Notes under the pieces: generated by a model
Seen by the model: the letters and a program-made list of their open reading frames with translations, nothing else
Database searches by the model: none
Told to the model about the DNA's origin: nothing
Part shown: positions 1 through 11,531 of the stretch, piece after piece
Position numbering within the stretch: the stretch's first letter is position 1
How the letters are laid out: each line of letters starts with the position of its first letter
Program-made: the position numbers and the translations under genes
Source: Candidatus Latescibacterota bacterium
GTDB taxonomy: Bacteria; Latescibacterota; UBA2968; UBA8231
DNA length: 64,000 nucleotides
Assembly: GCA_965206595.1 (NCBI GenBank)
Contig: OZ242214.1
Location: 2,784,001 to 2,848,000 of the forward strand
Reading direction: 5' to 3'

Positions 1-2
1 GC

Positions 3-254
3 CCTGTCGACCGGCTCCTCGCGGCACCGCGCAACAGCGCCCGGCTGCTGCCCTACCACCGCCTCGATGCCGGGGTGCGGCGCGAAGTCGGGCTCTTCGG
101 CGCCGAGGTCGAGTTCTACCTGCAGATCTTCAATCTGTACAACCGTCGCAACGAGTGGTTCATCCAGTACGACCCCGAGGATTCCGAACAGCCGCCGACC
201 GTGGTCAGGATGCTGCCCATACTGCCGACCTTCGGCTTCGACTTCAGGTTCTGA
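3..254 (+). CDS. TonB-dependent receptor, C-terminal end (5' part outside window)
   Basis: Manual translation of frame 3: ...RNSARLLPYHRLDAG...IFNLYNRRN...LPILPTFGFDFRF*. This fits a TBDR C-terminus with terminal Phe, and a DUF4249 gene follows. Confidence 0.8.
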   Translation, partial: PVDRLLAAPRNSARLLPYHRLDAGVRREVGLFGAEVEFYLQIFNLYNRRNEWFIQYDPEDSEQPPTVVRMLPILPTFGFDFRF

Positions 255-256
255 CG

Positions 257-1273
257 ATGCCTGTATTCCTGTTGCTTCTGACTCTCGCGCCGCTCCTGTC
301 CTGCGACGCGCCGGGCCCCCTGGCCGCCGACCGGGATCCCGGCGAGCTGTTCGGTCCCGGCCAGGAGGAGCTCATCGTGGTCGACGCCATCCTCGTCGTC
401 GACGCGCCGCTGCCGCCGGTCATGTTGCGGCGCACGGCAGCGCCCGGCGTTCCCTACGAGGCCGCGGCGACGCGGCTGGAAGGGGCCAGCCTCTCCATAA
501 AGAGCGGCGACGCCCTGTTCGAGTACCGTCCCGACCCGGAGGTACCCGGGCGCTACCTGCCTCCCGGCGACGCCCCGCCGGTCGAGCCCGAACGCGTTTA
601 CGAGCTGCAGGTTACGAGTGGAGACGCTCCTGCAGTGCGCGCCCGGACCCGGACGCCGGCGCAGGTACGCATCAATGAGCTGGTGTTGCTCGACGACGAC
701 CTGGAGACCGAGCTGCAGCGCCTCAGGCTGTTCTCCGAGATCGGCGACGAGGTCTACGACGCCGGGGAGAACCAGCTGGAGTACCCCGTGGGCGTGCTGA
801 TAGCCCGGCTCGGGGACGGCGGGGAAACCGGGTTCTACCAGTTCGCCACATTCAACCTCGAGAGCTCCAGTCCGTATCTGTTCGCCACCGATTGGATCGA
901 GGAGGGGGACCTGGAGGAAGAGGAGGACTTCGAGCTGGAGCGCGACAACACCTCCCCCCTGTTTCGTGCCGAAGAGAGCGAGCTCTACGTCCCCTGGGAG
1001 GGCATCTATCACGCCGGGCGCTACAAGGTCAGGCTCTTCGCCGTCGACCGGAACTGGTTCGACCTGGTGCGCACCGACAACATCGATTCGGAGCGCGGCT
1101 CCGGGGAGGCCGGCCAGTCCTTTCAGCGGCCCCTCTTTCATATCGAAAACGGGATCGGCCTTTTCGCCTCCGCCTCGGTCGATTCCTTCGGCTTTTTCAT
1201 CCGTCCCCAGGGGAGCCCGGCCTGCTCCGGGTGCGAGTGCTGGGATTGCGGGGAGGCCCCCCCGAGCGAGTGA
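257..1273 (+). CDS. DUF4249-family lipoprotein
   Basis: ATG 257; signal peptide with lipobox LLSC; C-terminal HIENGIGLFAS motif and Cys cluster; directly downstream of the TBDR. Confidence 0.7.
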   Translation: MPVFLLLLTLAPLLSCDAPGPLAADRDPGELFGPGQEELIVVDAILVVDAPLPPVMLRRTAAPGVPYEAAATRLEGASLSIKSGDALFEYRPDPEVPGRYLPPGDAPPVEPERVYELQVTSGDAPAVRARTRTPAQVRINELVLLDDDLETELQRLRLFSEIGDEVYDAGENQLEYPVGVLIARLGDGGETGFYQFATFNLESSSPYLFATDWIEEGDLEEEEDFELERDNTSPLFRAEESELYVPWEGIYHAGRYKVRLFAVDRNWFDLVRTDNIDSERGSGEAGQSFQRPLFHIENGIGLFASASVDSFGFFIRPQGSPACSGCECWDCGEAPPSE

Positions 1274-1454
1274 TCGGGCGCTGTCCCCCCGGACAGCGTG
1301 GGTGGGTGGGTGTACCCCGCCCCGGCCGCGGTTCGGAAGATCAGGCGCGCCTCCCCGTGGTTCTTGAGGTAGCGGTCGCCAATCGTTTCCTTCATCGCCC
1401 TGCCGCCAGGGCAGACCATCGTCACACCGAAACCAGCTTCAGAGGGAGATTGTC

Positions 1455-2225
1455 ATGAGCTCGGACACGCCCGGCCTTGTCGCCGGCAAAGTAGCCATTG
1501 TCACCGGGGCCGCCTCCGGGATCGGGGAAGCGACCGCCAGACGGCTGGCAGAAGAAGGGGCCTCGGTAACCGTCGCCGACATCGACGACAGCAACGGCAA
1601 GCGCGTCACCGGGGAGATCAGGGCCGCCGGGGGAGACGCCCTTTTCGTCAGGACCGACCTCAGCAGGACCCCCCAGATCGAGCGCATGATCGAGCGCACC
1701 GAGCAGCACTTCGGGCGCCTCGACATCCTTCACAACAACGCCATCGCCTTCCAGCACGGCTCCGCAACCGAGCTCGACGAAACGGGCTGGGACCTGACCC
1801 TTAACGTCGGGCTGAAGGCGGTTTTCCTGGCGGCGAAGTACGGCATCCCGGTGATGCGCAAGACCGGCGGCGGAGCGATCATCAACACCGGATCCGTTCA
1901 CTCCCTGGTCAGCTTCGCCACCTGCACCGCCTACGACTCGGCCAAGGCCGGCATCCTCGGGCTCACCCGCGTCCTCGCCCTCGACTACGGCCCCGACATC
2001 CGCGTCAACGCGGTGCTGCCCGGGGCGATCCTCACCCCTTTGTGGGACAACCTCGAGGTGCCGGAGAAGGAGCGGCGGCGCTACGCGGACATGGTGCCGG
2101 CCAAGCGGCTCGGCAACGGCGACGACATCGCCAACGCCGTGCTTTTCCTGGCATCGGACGAGGCCTCGTTCGTCACCGGCACCCACCTCGTGGTCGACGG
2201 CGGGCTGCTCTGCCGCACCGAGTAG
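1455..2225 (+). CDS. SDR family oxidoreductase
   Basis: TGAASGIG, NNA, YDSAK (YxxxK), VDGG motifs. Confidence 0.95.
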   Translation: MSSDTPGLVAGKVAIVTGAASGIGEATARRLAEEGASVTVADIDDSNGKRVTGEIRAAGGDALFVRTDLSRTPQIERMIERTEQHFGRLDILHNNAIAFQHGSATELDETGWDLTLNVGLKAVFLAAKYGIPVMRKTGGGAIINTGSVHSLVSFATCTAYDSAKAGILGLTRVLALDYGPDIRVNAVLPGAILTPLWDNLEVPEKERRRYADMVPAKRLGNGDDIANAVLFLASDEASFVTGTHLVVDGGLLCRTE

Positions 2226-2247
2226 GGCGCCCAGGAGGGACAGGACA

Positions 2248-4083
2248 TCAACGGCCTTCCCGGGTCAGGGTCACGACCTGGTTGGCCGCCACCCCGGACA
2301 GCTCCTGCCCGGCGCCGTCCGGCCAGCGCACCGTCAGGAGGTCGACCTGCGCAGCCAGCCCCAGGCCGAAATGAAGGCGGGTGTCGTCCTGGGACAGGTA
2401 GCCGCCCCCGGCGCGCACCTCCCGCACCATCCGCAGCTTTCCGGCCCTGGCCGTCACCCGCGCCCCGATGGCATGGGTGTTCGGGCCTTGGTCTCGTAAG
2501 CGCAGGATCAGCCAGTTGCCGCGGTTGCCCCCGTCGTTGCGCAGCAGGGTCGGGGGCGCGTCGAGGTTGGAGACGGCGATGTCGAGGTCGCCGTCCTCGT
2601 CGAGGTCCCCGAGCGCCGACCCGCGGCTCGACAGCACGACCTCGAACCCCGGACCCGACAGCCGCGAGACGTCGATGAAGCGCCCCGCGCCGGTGTTTTC
2701 GTAGAGCTGGTTCGGCTGCCGGTACCTCGTCCCGAGGCCGCCGCGGTCGACCGCCGGGAAGACGTGCCCGTTGGCGACGAAGAGGTCCTCGTCGCCGTCG
2801 TGGTCGCAGTCGAAGAAACCGGCGCCCCAGCCCAGGTACGCCAGGCTCGACAGCCCGAGCCCGACCTGCCAGCTCGCGTCGCGGAAAGCGGCGCCCCCCC
2901 GGTTCTCGTACCAGGCGTTGTGGTCGTGGGAGAAGTTGGTGACGAAGAGATCGAGATCCCCGTCGCCGTCCGGGTCGCCGGCGGCCGCACCCATCCCGGA
3001 TTGCTCGCGCCCGTCCTTCCCGAAGGCGGCACCGGCGGCGACGGCGATATCGACGAACCGCCCGCGGTCGTTGCGGTAGAGCACGTTGGGTGTCGAGTCG
3101 TTGGCGACGTAGAGGTCGAGGTCGCCGTCGTCGTCGAAATCCCCTGCCACCGCAGCGAGACCGTAGTACTCGTACTCCTGCAGCCCGGCCTCGGCGCCGG
3201 CTTCGGCGAAGACCCAGCCTTTTTCCGGCCCTTCGTTGCGGAAGTAGAGGTCCCTGGCCCCGGGCAGGCCGTTGGGTCCGCAGAACACCTCCGTCAAACC
3301 GCGCCAGGTGCAGTAGGCGTCGCGGTCCTCGGGGACGAAGCCGGGATCGAAGTCGACGTAGTTGGTCAGGTAGAAGTCGAGGTCGCCGTCGCCGTCGAAA
3401 TCCCCGAACGCCGCGGCCGACCCCCATCCGGGGTGGGCTACCCCGGCGGCCCCGGCCACCTCCCGGAAGCGCCCCCCCTCGTTCCGGTAGAGGGCGTTGG
3501 CGCCGTAGTTGGCGAGGTACAGGTCGACGCGGCCGTCGCCGTCGTAGTCCGCCGCGGCGACCCCCATGCCCCAACCTGTGTGAGCGGCCCGAAGTTCGCC
3601 GGCGACCTCGGCGAAACGCCATTCCCGGTCGTTGCGGTACAGGGAGGCGCGCGGCTCGGCCCCTTCGGGGAACCCGCCCATGCGGGAGCCGTTGGTGAAG
3701 AAGATGTCGAGGTCGCCGTCGCCGTCCTGGTCGAAGAGGGCGACCCCTCCGGTGGTGCTTTCGAGGATCAGCTTCTTTTCGGGGGTGCCGCTGACTATGG
3801 GAGTTGTGAGCCCCGACTCGGCGGCGACGTCGACGAAGCGGGGGTGCCCCTGCCCGGCGGCTGCGGAAGAGCTGGAACCGGGCTGCTCCCGGGTCACCCG
3901 CGCCCCGGGGGAGGAATCCGGGGCAGCAGCCGCAGCTCCTGCCCCGGAGGCTGCGGTGGCGCCAAGGACGATCCCCCAGAGGGTCAGCTTCGGTGAAATA
4001 GATCCCACCCTTGCTGCTGTCCAACCGACGGCTCTGACGGATCCGCGATCCCCTGCCGATTGCCGAGGCATGCCCGCGGGCAT
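2248..4083 (-). CDS. CRTAC1/ASPIC-UnbV family FG-GAP repeat protein (start uncertain)
   Basis: Repeated DxDGDGDLD and LYRN motifs, C-terminal ASPIC/UnbV domain (GGYLSQ..LHFGLG..VRWP). The upstream part of the long ORF overlaps NhaC and is judged spurious. Confidence 0.85.
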   Translation of the reverse strand: MPAGMPRQSAGDRGSVRAVGWTAARVGSISPKLTLWGIVLGATAASGAGAAAAAPDSSPGARVTREQPGSSSSAAAGQGHPRFVDVAAESGLTTPIVSGTPEKKLILESTTGGVALFDQDGDGDLDIFFTNGSRMGGFPEGAEPRASLYRNDREWRFAEVAGELRAAHTGWGMGVAAADYDGDGRVDLYLANYGANALYRNEGGRFREVAGAAGVAHPGWGSAAAFGDFDGDGDLDFYLTNYVDFDPGFVPEDRDAYCTWRGLTEVFCGPNGLPGARDLYFRNEGPEKGWVFAEAGAEAGLQEYEYYGLAAVAGDFDDDGDLDLYVANDSTPNVLYRNDRGRFVDIAVAAGAAFGKDGREQSGMGAAAGDPDGDGDLDLFVTNFSHDHNAWYENRGGAAFRDASWQVGLGLSSLAYLGWGAGFFDCDHDGDEDLFVANGHVFPAVDRGGLGTRYRQPNQLYENTGAGRFIDVSRLSGPGFEVVLSSRGSALGDLDEDGDLDIAVSNLDAPPTLLRNDGGNRGNWLILRLRDQGPNTHAIGARVTARAGKLRMVREVRAGGGYLSQDDTRLHFGLGLAAQVDLLTVRWPDGAGQELSGVAANQVVTLTREGR

Positions 4084-4142
4084 GCCGTTCCAGCCCTGCG
4101 CCGCGGACAGAGAGAGGACCCTTCCGACCGGTCCCCCTCCGC

Positions 4143-5879
4143 TCAGGCGGTGAAGAAGGCGACGACGGTCCAGCAGATCGCCGCCAGGCCGGCGGCGATG
4201 GAGGCCTGGGGGATCTGCGTCTTGACGTGGTCCATCAGGTCGCAGCCGGTGCACATCGAGCTGAGCACGGTGGTGTCGGAAATCGGCGAGCACTGGTCGC
4301 CGTACACGCTGCCGTCCATGACCGCGGCGAAGCAGAGGGTCATGAAGAGCTCGGGATGGGCAAGGCCGTGGGCCCCGGCCACCGCCCAGGCCAGCGGCAT
4401 GGCCAGCGGGAAGGCGACCGCGTAGGTGCCCCAACTCGTGCCGGTGGAGAAGGCGATGACCATGGTCATGATCTGCAGCAGGACGGGCAGCAGGAAATAG
4501 GGAATCGCTGCGCCGAGCTGCTCGACCAGGAAGATGCCGCCCCCGGTCTCCTTGCTGATGCCGCCGATGGTGATGGCGAGCAGGAGGATTACGGAGCCGA
4601 GCACCACTCCCTTGAGGCCGTCGTGGAAGCCGGAGACGAGGTCCTTCAGCGACATCCCCTTGGCCAGGGCCATGCCCGCGGCGAGCAGCAGGGCGGTTCC
4701 GAAGGCCCACTGCACGTTGGGGGAGCCCCCGAAGATGAAGGTGCCGACGGCGATGCCGATGAGTGCGGCCAGGGGCAGGAAGAACTCCAGCACGTGCGGG
4801 GCGTAGCCCTCCGGCACGTTGCTTCCCTGCAGCTCCTTTGCGCTCAGGGGGGCGGCCTCGTCGGCGTCGAGCTTGCCGGTCTCGCGGGAGCGCTCCATGG
4901 CCGCCTTGAGCCGTTTGCCGAGGAACAGGGGCTTCTCGATGCTGAGGAGAAGGGTGCCGAGCACGGCGAAGATCGCGTAGAAGCAGAAGGGCACGCTCTG
5001 GAAGAAGAAGGCGATGCGGTCCGCCTCGGTGGCGAGGAAGCTGACGCCGGAGACGAAGATGAAGGCCTGTACGTACCCGGGCCAGGCATTGAAGGCGAGC
5101 TGGGAAGCGATCGGCGAGGCGGTCGAGTCGACGATATAGGACAGCTCTTCGTGGCTGACTTTTTCGTTGTCGGCGATCGGCTTGACCGTGGTGCCGACCA
5201 GCACCGTGCTGACCGTGCCCCCCTGGAAGAAGACGACGCCGAGCATCCAGGCGACGAGCTTGGCGCTCCTGGGGCCGCGCACGAAGCGCACGGTCATGAA
5301 CTCGGCGAACGCCTTTGCTGCGCCGGTGCGGGACCAGATCCCCATGAGGCCGCCCAGCAGCCACAGGTAGAGCAGCAGGACCCCGGCGGAGCTCGTGGAG
5401 GCCAGCGAGGGGATCAGCACGTCGCCGGTGAAGTCGTAGCGGCTCAGCACCAGGGCCCCGGAGAAGATGCCGCCCAGAAGGGAGGTGACCGGCTCCTTGG
5501 TCATCCAGCACAGGAGCACGGCGACCACCGCGGGCAGCAGGGACCAGAAGCCCCAGTGGTGCTTTGCCTGCAGCTGGTAGTAGAAGGTCCGGGACTCGCC
5601 GTCCCGAGTCTCCACCACGGAGACGAACTCCCGGGTCACCTCAGGGGCCTCGCGCGAGCCCTTCATTCTCTCGGGGTTGAGCCGCGCGTCCTCCATTGGG
5701 ACGGCTTCGAAAAAGGCCGGCTTGTCCCGGTACATGTAGGAGAGCCTGCCGTCGCTGTCGCCGCGGGCATCGAGGGCGACCTGCTCGACGGTCCAGGTCG
5801 GCGCCACGTTGATGCCGACGATCCAGGAGACGATCATGGCGATGGCGAAAACGACGAACTTGCGGATACCTGTGCTCAT
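4143..5879 (-). CDS. Na+/H+ antiporter NhaC family transporter
   Basis: Multi-TM; [33 protein letters not shown] motifs; RBS AGGAG before ATG 5879. Confidence 0.9.
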   Translation of the reverse strand: MSTGIRKFVVFAIAMIVSWIVGINVAPTWTVEQVALDARGDSDGRLSYMYRDKPAFFEAVPMEDARLNPERMKGSREAPEVTREFVSVVETRDGESRTFYYQLQAKHHWGFWSLLPAVVAVLLCWMTKEPVTSLLGGIFSGALVLSRYDFTGDVLIPSLASTSSAGVLLLYLWLLGGLMGIWSRTGAAKAFAEFMTVRFVRGPRSAKLVAWMLGVVFFQGGTVSTVLVGTTVKPIADNEKVSHEELSYIVDSTASPIASQLAFNAWPGYVQAFIFVSGVSFLATEADRIAFFFQSVPFCFYAIFAVLGTLLLSIEKPLFLGKRLKAAMERSRETGKLDADEAAPLSAKELQGSNVPEGYAPHVLEFFLPLAALIGIAVGTFIFGGSPNVQWAFGTALLLAAGMALAKGMSLKDLVSGFHDGLKGVVLGSVILLLAITIGGISKETGGGIFLVEQLGAAIPYFLLPVLLQIMTMVIAFSTGTSWGTYAVAFPLAMPLAWAVAGAHGLAHPELFMTLCFAAVMDGSVYGDQCSPISDTTVLSSMCTGCDLMDHVKTQIPQASIAAGLAAICWTVVAFFTA

Positions 5880-6057
5880 CTTTTTCTCCTGATGGAGAGG
5901 GGGGGGTGCCCGTCGTGGACCCTGCCCCGCGATACGAAGGTTGGTGGCCGGGCCGGCCGCGGCCCCGGGGCATGGCGGAGCCGCTTCGATAAAGCGGGTT
6001 GGGTATGCCGTGGTCAAGGGACCTGCCCGGCTCTGCGGCGGCTTCCCGGTGGCCGGT

Positions 6058-7353
6058 TCAGGTCAACAGATCGAGGACGTTGCGATGGGGCCTGTTGTCC
6101 AGCCCCTTTTCGGGGCCGCTTCCCGGGCCGGGCTGGTAGTCGTTCGGGTAGGCGGCGACGTATTCGAGCGGGGTCACATCGCGCAGCAGGGTGAAACCGT
6201 TGCCCTGACCGGGTACGCGGACATTCGCGGTGACGCCGGGATCCGCCCCGTTTTCGAGCAGCAGCCGCAGCACCGGAAAGCTGCGGTTGTGGTTCGAGGT
6301 GACGGCGTGAAAGACCGGGGTCTCGTTGCCGAACCCCTCCCTGTCGGGCTGGGCCCTGCGGTTGGCGTCCGCTCCTGCGGCGATCAGGGCCCGGGCGGCC
6401 TCGAGGGACCCGTACTCCGCGCAGAGATGCAGGAGGGTCGGGCGCTGCAGGGGCGCCCCGCCGTAAAAGCCGCCGAATCCCCTGTCCTCCTCCTGGCGGA
6501 AGCCGGAGTGCGCGTCGACGAGCCCCGGATCTTCGGCCAGCCTCCCCTGCAGCAGGTCGATCCGGCCCCTGAGGAGGTCCATCTCGGGGCCGTCCGTGTA
6601 GTTCGCGCCTGCCTGGACCAGAAGCTCGAGGCATTTCTCGCGGTGTTCGTGCTGGTAGGTGTCGAGGACCATGTCGAGAGCGGTGCCGTCCCGGTCCCGG
6701 TAGTTCGGGTCGGCGCCGTGCTCGAGCAGGAACCGCAGGCCGTCGGGATTCAGGCTCTCGCAAGGTCCCATGATGGTGCCGCCGCCGTAGTGGGTGGCCG
6801 GGTCCACCCCGTGGGCGAGCAGCTCCTCCATCACCGGCAGATTGCCCTGTGTGGCGGCGCGGGAGAGGGCGTCGTCCTCCGGGTCGGCCCCGCCTGCGAC
6901 AAGCAGGCGGACGATGGCGACCTGGTTCGGCCCCTCGGCGTTGTCCCCCGCGGCGAAGCGCAGGGGCGTGCAGCGCCGGGAGCGGTCGGGGGTCATGTTG
7001 ACGTCCACGATCTGCGGATGCGCCTCGAGCACCTGGCGCACGCCGCCGACGTCGCCGGCGTTGACCGCCTTGCGAAGCGCTGCGAGCGGAGCGGAGAGCC
7101 CCGCGCCGGGCTCGGTCGCATCGACTACTCTGGCCCACTCCGAATAGCCGTGTTCCTTGGCGATGACGTGCTGCGCTTCCTGCAGGGACAGGTCCGTTGC
7201 CGCGGTCCCCGCCGGCTCGCCGGACAGGCGCGGCAGGTGCGTGCCGGCGCGCACCTGTGCCTGCGGCCGGCCGTCGCGGTACTCCTTCAACAATTTCTTG
7301 GCTTGCTTCTTGAGATGGGCCAGGCTGGCCCGTTTCGGGAGTCGTCCAGACAT
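6058..7353 (-). CDS. Ankyrin-repeat protein with N-terminal helical domain (LPxRxSLxHLKKQAK...EAQHVIAxEHGYxxW)
   Basis: Ankyrin motifs (TPLRFAA, LLx[24 protein letters not shown]); SD AAGGAG. Confidence 0.9.
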   Translation of the reverse strand: MSGRLPKRASLAHLKKQAKKLLKEYRDGRPQAQVRAGTHLPRLSGEPAGTAATDLSLQEAQHVIAKEHGYSEWARVVDATEPGAGLSAPLAALRKAVNAGDVGGVRQVLEAHPQIVDVNMTPDRSRRCTPLRFAAGDNAEGPNQVAIVRLLVAGGADPEDDALSRAATQGNLPVMEELLAHGVDPATHYGGGTIMGPCESLNPDGLRFLLEHGADPNYRDRDGTALDMVLDTYQHEHREKCLELLVQAGANYTDGPEMDLLRGRIDLLQGRLAEDPGLVDAHSGFRQEEDRGFGGFYGGAPLQRPTLLHLCAEYGSLEAARALIAAGADANRRAQPDREGFGNETPVFHAVTSNHNRSFPVLRLLLENGADPGVTANVRVPGQGNGFTLLRDVTPLEYVAAYPNDYQPGPGSGPEKGLDNRPHRNVLDLLT

Positions 7354-7484
7354 GTGGATCCTCTCCTTCGGGAGCCCGAGGTCCGCTGGTTCTCAGGCAA
7401 AAGAAGGTCAGGTTGTCTCGACAAATCGGGAACGTGGGGTGGGTTCAACCCTTCCCGCGGACGTGGAGGCTCCCCCGAAGCACG
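7354..7484 (-). ncRNA. Candidate structured cis-regulatory leader RNA of the ankyrin gene
   Basis: Nested complementary segments: 7366-7376 with 7468-7480, GTCCGC 7381-7386 with GCGGAC 7457-7462, GAAGG/CCTTC, and hairpins at 7413-7424 and 7441-7451. The outer stem overlaps the SD. Confidence 0.55.
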
Positions 7485-7489
7485 AGCCG

Positions 7490-7518
7490 ATTTTATCAGG
7501 CGCCCGCCGGATGGTCAA
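7490..7518 (-). promoter_or_regulatory. Sigma70-type promoter TTGACC-17-TAAAAT with extended -10 TG
   Basis: Minus strand reads TTGACC atccggcgggcgcctga TAAAAT, directly upstream of the structured leader. Confidence 0.7.
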
Positions 7519-7629
7519 CCTATGGCGATCCTGCCAGCCTCGACGCCGGGCTGACTTCGGCACCCTCCCGGCCCCGGGAGATCGACACCGGCCGCTGCCC
7601 CGCGGCGCTCTCCCGGACCTGAGAAACCG

Positions 7630-7700
7630 ATGCTTTCCAAACAGCAGATACGCCACTACAGGACCTTCGGTTTCGCCGTCATGCCGCAGGTCCTCCGCCC
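7630..7700 (+). pseudogene. N-terminal remnant of a phytanoyl-CoA dioxygenase-family gene
   Basis: MLSKQQIRHYRTFGFAVMPQVL resembles MLTEEQVRRFNTFGFLVFRNAL at 10559; homology then stops. Confidence 0.55.
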
Positions 7701-8055
7701 CGACAACGGGGACTTTCCCGCCGGCTCCCGAAAAAAAGGAGCCTGTCATGGCAGATTACAGGATCTGCTGGACGGAGATCAACGTCTCCCTGTACGAGAC
7801 CGCCGGGGACAGCCTGCTCTTCCGGTCGCCTCGCTGACAAAGAGACGGAAGTCCGGCGTTTTCACCTTCGGAATTGGCCGGACCTGTTTTCGACGCAACG
7901 ATACCGGGCTTTGGACCCGGACCTTCCAGAACCCCTGATGCACAAGCTCGCATCCCCCTCCCCTCCCCCGCACCCGCCTCGACCCCTCCCCTTCCATCCT
8001 CCCGATACCGCAGATCTACCTGCCCGAAAGGCTTGGCGAGCCTGTTGGGCAACAG

Positions 8056-9613
8056 TCAGGGCACCGCCTGCCCCGCCATCACCCCGGTGCAGCGCTCCCC
8101 GTCGACGGCGACCTGCCCGTTGACGAGCACGTAGGGGATGCCGACGGGGTACTGCTTCGGATCCTCGTAGGTGGCGGTGTCGATGACGCGGTCCGGATCG
8201 AAGAGGACGACGTCGGCGAAGCAGCCTTTCTGCAGACGCCCCCGCGAGCGGAGGCCGAACCGGCGCGCCGGGTTGTCGGTCATGCGCTGTATCATCTGTT
8301 CGAGGCTGAGGACGCCGAAGCGACGCCGCAGGCGGCCGAGGAAGCGGGGGTAGGCTCCGTAACAACGCGGGTGGGGCATGCTTCCCGTGGGGGTGATGTC
8401 GCTGCAGGCCATGTAGTCGGGACGGGCCAGCAGCTCGAGCGAATCGCGGCTGACCTGCCTCCAGAGACCGGTGTTCACCGGCGGCGCGGACAGGTAGCCG
8501 ATCTTCAGCTCCTCCTCCAGCAGCAGCTCGCACAGCGTCTCCCCCGGCGACATCGGTCAGGGTCATACCCTCCAGCCCGGGGTTCTTCGGCAGAGAGGTG
8601 AACACGACCTCGTCGAGGGGTTCGTACTCCTCCTCGAGGAAGCGGGCGATGCGCGCCCGCTCCGCCGGATCGGCGAGCCGCCGGAGAATGGCGTCCGGCC
8701 CCCCTTCCTGGGCGAACCCCGGGAGGGAGGCGACGCAGATGCTGCTGCCGGCGGGGTAGGGATAGATGTCCAGGCTGCAGTCGACTCCTTCCGCCTTGGC
8801 CCGGTCGATGGGCCCCAACAGGGCTTCCACCTGCCCGGCGTTGTGGGCCCCCGTCCTGAAGTGGGCGAAATGGACCTTGACCCCGGTCTCCCGGCCGATG
8901 TGAAGCGCCTCCTCGACGCCGTCGCCGCCGTGGGCGCGATCGAGCTCGACCTTTCTCGGCTCGACCACGTAGACGCTGCCGGCATCGGCAACCGTACGGC
9001 ACAGGTCGAGGAACTCGGCGGTGTCTCCCCAGGGACTGGGATAGTAGCTGGCCCCCGTGGAAAAGCCGACGGCCCCCTCCTCGAGGCCTTGCGCTACCAT
9101 GCGCCTGGCCTCCTTGGCGTCGTCGCCGGTCAGGGGCACGTCGCGGAACCCGAGGAGCTCGAGACGGATGGCCCCGTGCGGCACGAGATAGGCGGTGTTG
9201 ATGGCGACCCGGCGGTGGTAGTGGCTGCGGAAAGCGGCGACCGAATCCATCGCCAGGCCGGGGATCGGTTCGCCGAGCAGGCCGGCAAGCCAGCGCCGGT
9301 AGGTGAGGTGGTTGGCCGCCGACAGGGGGGCGAAGGACATTCCGTCGAGGCCCATGACCTCGGTGGTGATCCCCTGCCGCAGCCCGTTGGCGTGCTGCGG
9401 GTCGGCTAGCAGGTCCCCCTCGGAGTGGGTGTGGGTGTCGATGAAGCCGGGCGCCACCGCCAGACCGCGGGCATCGATGGCGCGCGCCGCCTCGGCCTCG
9501 GCGAGATCGCCGACCTCTTCGATGCGCTCGCCGATGATGCCGATGTCGGCGCGCCGGCCGGGAGCCCCGGTCCCGTCGTACACGGTACCGCCGCGGATTA
9601 CGATGTCGAACAC
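8056..9613 (-). pseudogene. N-acyl-D-amino-acid deacylase (D-aminoacylase), frameshifted near 8550
   Basis: PGFIDTHTH in the first ORF; HPRCYGAYPRFL and ADVVLFDP in the second frame (8056-8553). Confidence 0.85.
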
Positions 9614-9670
9614 AATGCCCTCCTGAGAATGTTCACCGCCGGTTTTCCCGCACAGGTGAGTTCGCCGGCT

Positions 9671-10559
9671 TCACGACGCGATCCTCTCGATCTCCCACTT
9701 GCCGTTCCTGACCACCGCCCTCACCCCCCGCTGTTCCGGCTCCATGGAGGCGAACCTGCGCAGGCTCTTCAGCCACGCTGCCCGCCGTGGGTGCTTTCCG
9801 GCCTCCGCCGCCCATTCCTCCGGGATGCCCGGCGGGTTCCAGAGGTCCGCGGAGTTGTCCCGCCTGCTGAGGTGACCGCGGGCGTTGAGGATCGTCAGCT
9901 CGACCTCCGCGGGCTTGCGGGGATAGTTGTAATAGGTGAAGGAGCACATGCGCCGGCCCCGGGCGCCCCCCTTGCTGGCGTGGTAGGTGCGCAGGTCGAA
10001 GGCGACCATGTCCCCCTGGCCGGAATCGCAGACGACGCAGGGAACGGTGCCGATCCCGGCCAGGGCGGCCCGCCGCTCTTGCGGGGTCGCCGCGGCGCGG
10101 CTGAAGCGGGCCCCGATCGGGTCGACCGCGGCGACCCTGTCGTGGAAGGGGCGCAGGTGGCTGCCCGGGATCAGGCGCAGGGCCCCGGTATCGGCCCGCA
10201 CCGGATCGAGGTAGATCGCGAACTTGATGCCGTAGGCCTCGTAGCCCCCGGCATCGTAGTGCCAGACCGTATCCCCGGCGTAGTGGTGCAGCAGGGGGTT
10301 GGCGCAGATGAGCCGTCCGAATAGCTGCTCGCCGACCCCGGTGAGACGGTCGTCCTCGAACAGGCTGGCGGTGAACGGCGTGGAGGGAACCAGTCCGCTC
10401 ATGTCGCGGGGCCTCGGCGAGCGGGACGAGGCGCACCGATTCGGCTACGCGGGTGGCGTGCTCCCTTCGCAGCAGGTCCACCTCGGCGGGGCTGAGCGCG
10501 TTCCTGAAAACGAGGAAACCGAAGGTGTTGAAGCGGCGCACCTGCTCCTCCGTCAACAT
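9671..10559 (-). pseudogene. Phytanoyl-CoA dioxygenase family protein, frameshifted near 10400
   Basis: N-terminus MLTEEQVRRFNTFGFLV in one frame; WHYD, GALRLIPGSH and GDMVAFDLRTYHAS in the other frame. Confidence 0.8.
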
Positions 10560-10951
10560 CGGTGGATCTCCTTTCCGTCGCATCCGGGGATCTGGGCGAA
10601 GCCCGGGGCATTCCCGGGAAATCGCCGGCCATGTCGCCTTCGCAGCCGACTATATTGCAATGCCGGTCTGGCTGCAATCTCTTCCATGGGCATGATTCGA
10701 GGAGGTGAGGAATGCCCGATCCGAGCTGGAAGACTCCCAGAGGAAATGGGAACCCGTTTCGTTTCCTTGGCCCAGCCATCCCCTGCCCGGTACGCCCCCT
10801 TCATGTCCATGGCCGACCGGGCCCCTCGGCGATCCGGTTCCCGGCGGTCTATCTTCCGGGACCGGCACCAGGCCAGGAGCCAATTGACATTTGAGTCCGG
10901 CCAACCGCGGATGAGCCGGGAAATGCTGACTGGCCGCGGCCGCGAGCACCG

Positions 10952-11531
10952 ATGCTGTTCATCGACGACCATCACATCCACTCGAGCCAGGGCCTGGAGC
11001 GGCGTTTCCATCGCCTGAAAAAGCACCCCGGCAACCCGGTCAAGGTCTTCACCGACCCCTGGGGCTCGTCGGTCGCCAACCACGGCGGCTTCGAGCGCGA
11101 TCCGGAGACCGGGGAGTTCGTTCTCTGGTATTCTACCGGACCGGCAGACCCCGCGAGCGTGGCCCCCGGGTAGGGAACGGCCGAACGGCCTCAGCTTGGC
11201 CACCCTGCGGTTAGACGGCTTCGCCGGCATGCGCGCGGCCGGTTCCGGCAGGCTGCGCACGCGGCCGATGTTCATCCGGCACCCCGACCTGGTGATCAAC
11301 GTCGACGCCGAAGGGGGCGCCTGCCGGGTGGGCCTGCTCGACGAAGGCGGGGTGGAACTGCCCGGTTTCGGTCTCGACGACATGGAACCGGTCGCCGCCG
11401 ACGCAGTCGAGCAGCCCCTGCGGTGGCGCGGCCGCGAGTCGGTGTCGGAGCTTCAGGGACGCTGGATCTCCCTCGAGATCGAGCTGCGGGGAGCGGAGCT
11501 GTTCGCCGTGCACAACCAGACGCGGACCTGA
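10952..11531 (+). pseudogene. Internally deleted beta-propeller glycosidase-like gene
   Basis: N-terminal MLFIDD...KHPGNPV fragment ends at 11173; C-terminal LATLRLDGF..LRTRP..INVDA..ELFA fragment follows; the central region is absent. Confidence 0.6.

Noticed and set aside
4084-5511. N-terminal extension making a 1087-aa ASPIC protein
   Set aside because: Arg/Pro-rich off-frame read overlapping the NhaC gene.
7748-7837. 29-aa ORF MADYRICWTEIN... with a good SD
   Set aside because: Probably another gene stump; no family can be supported.
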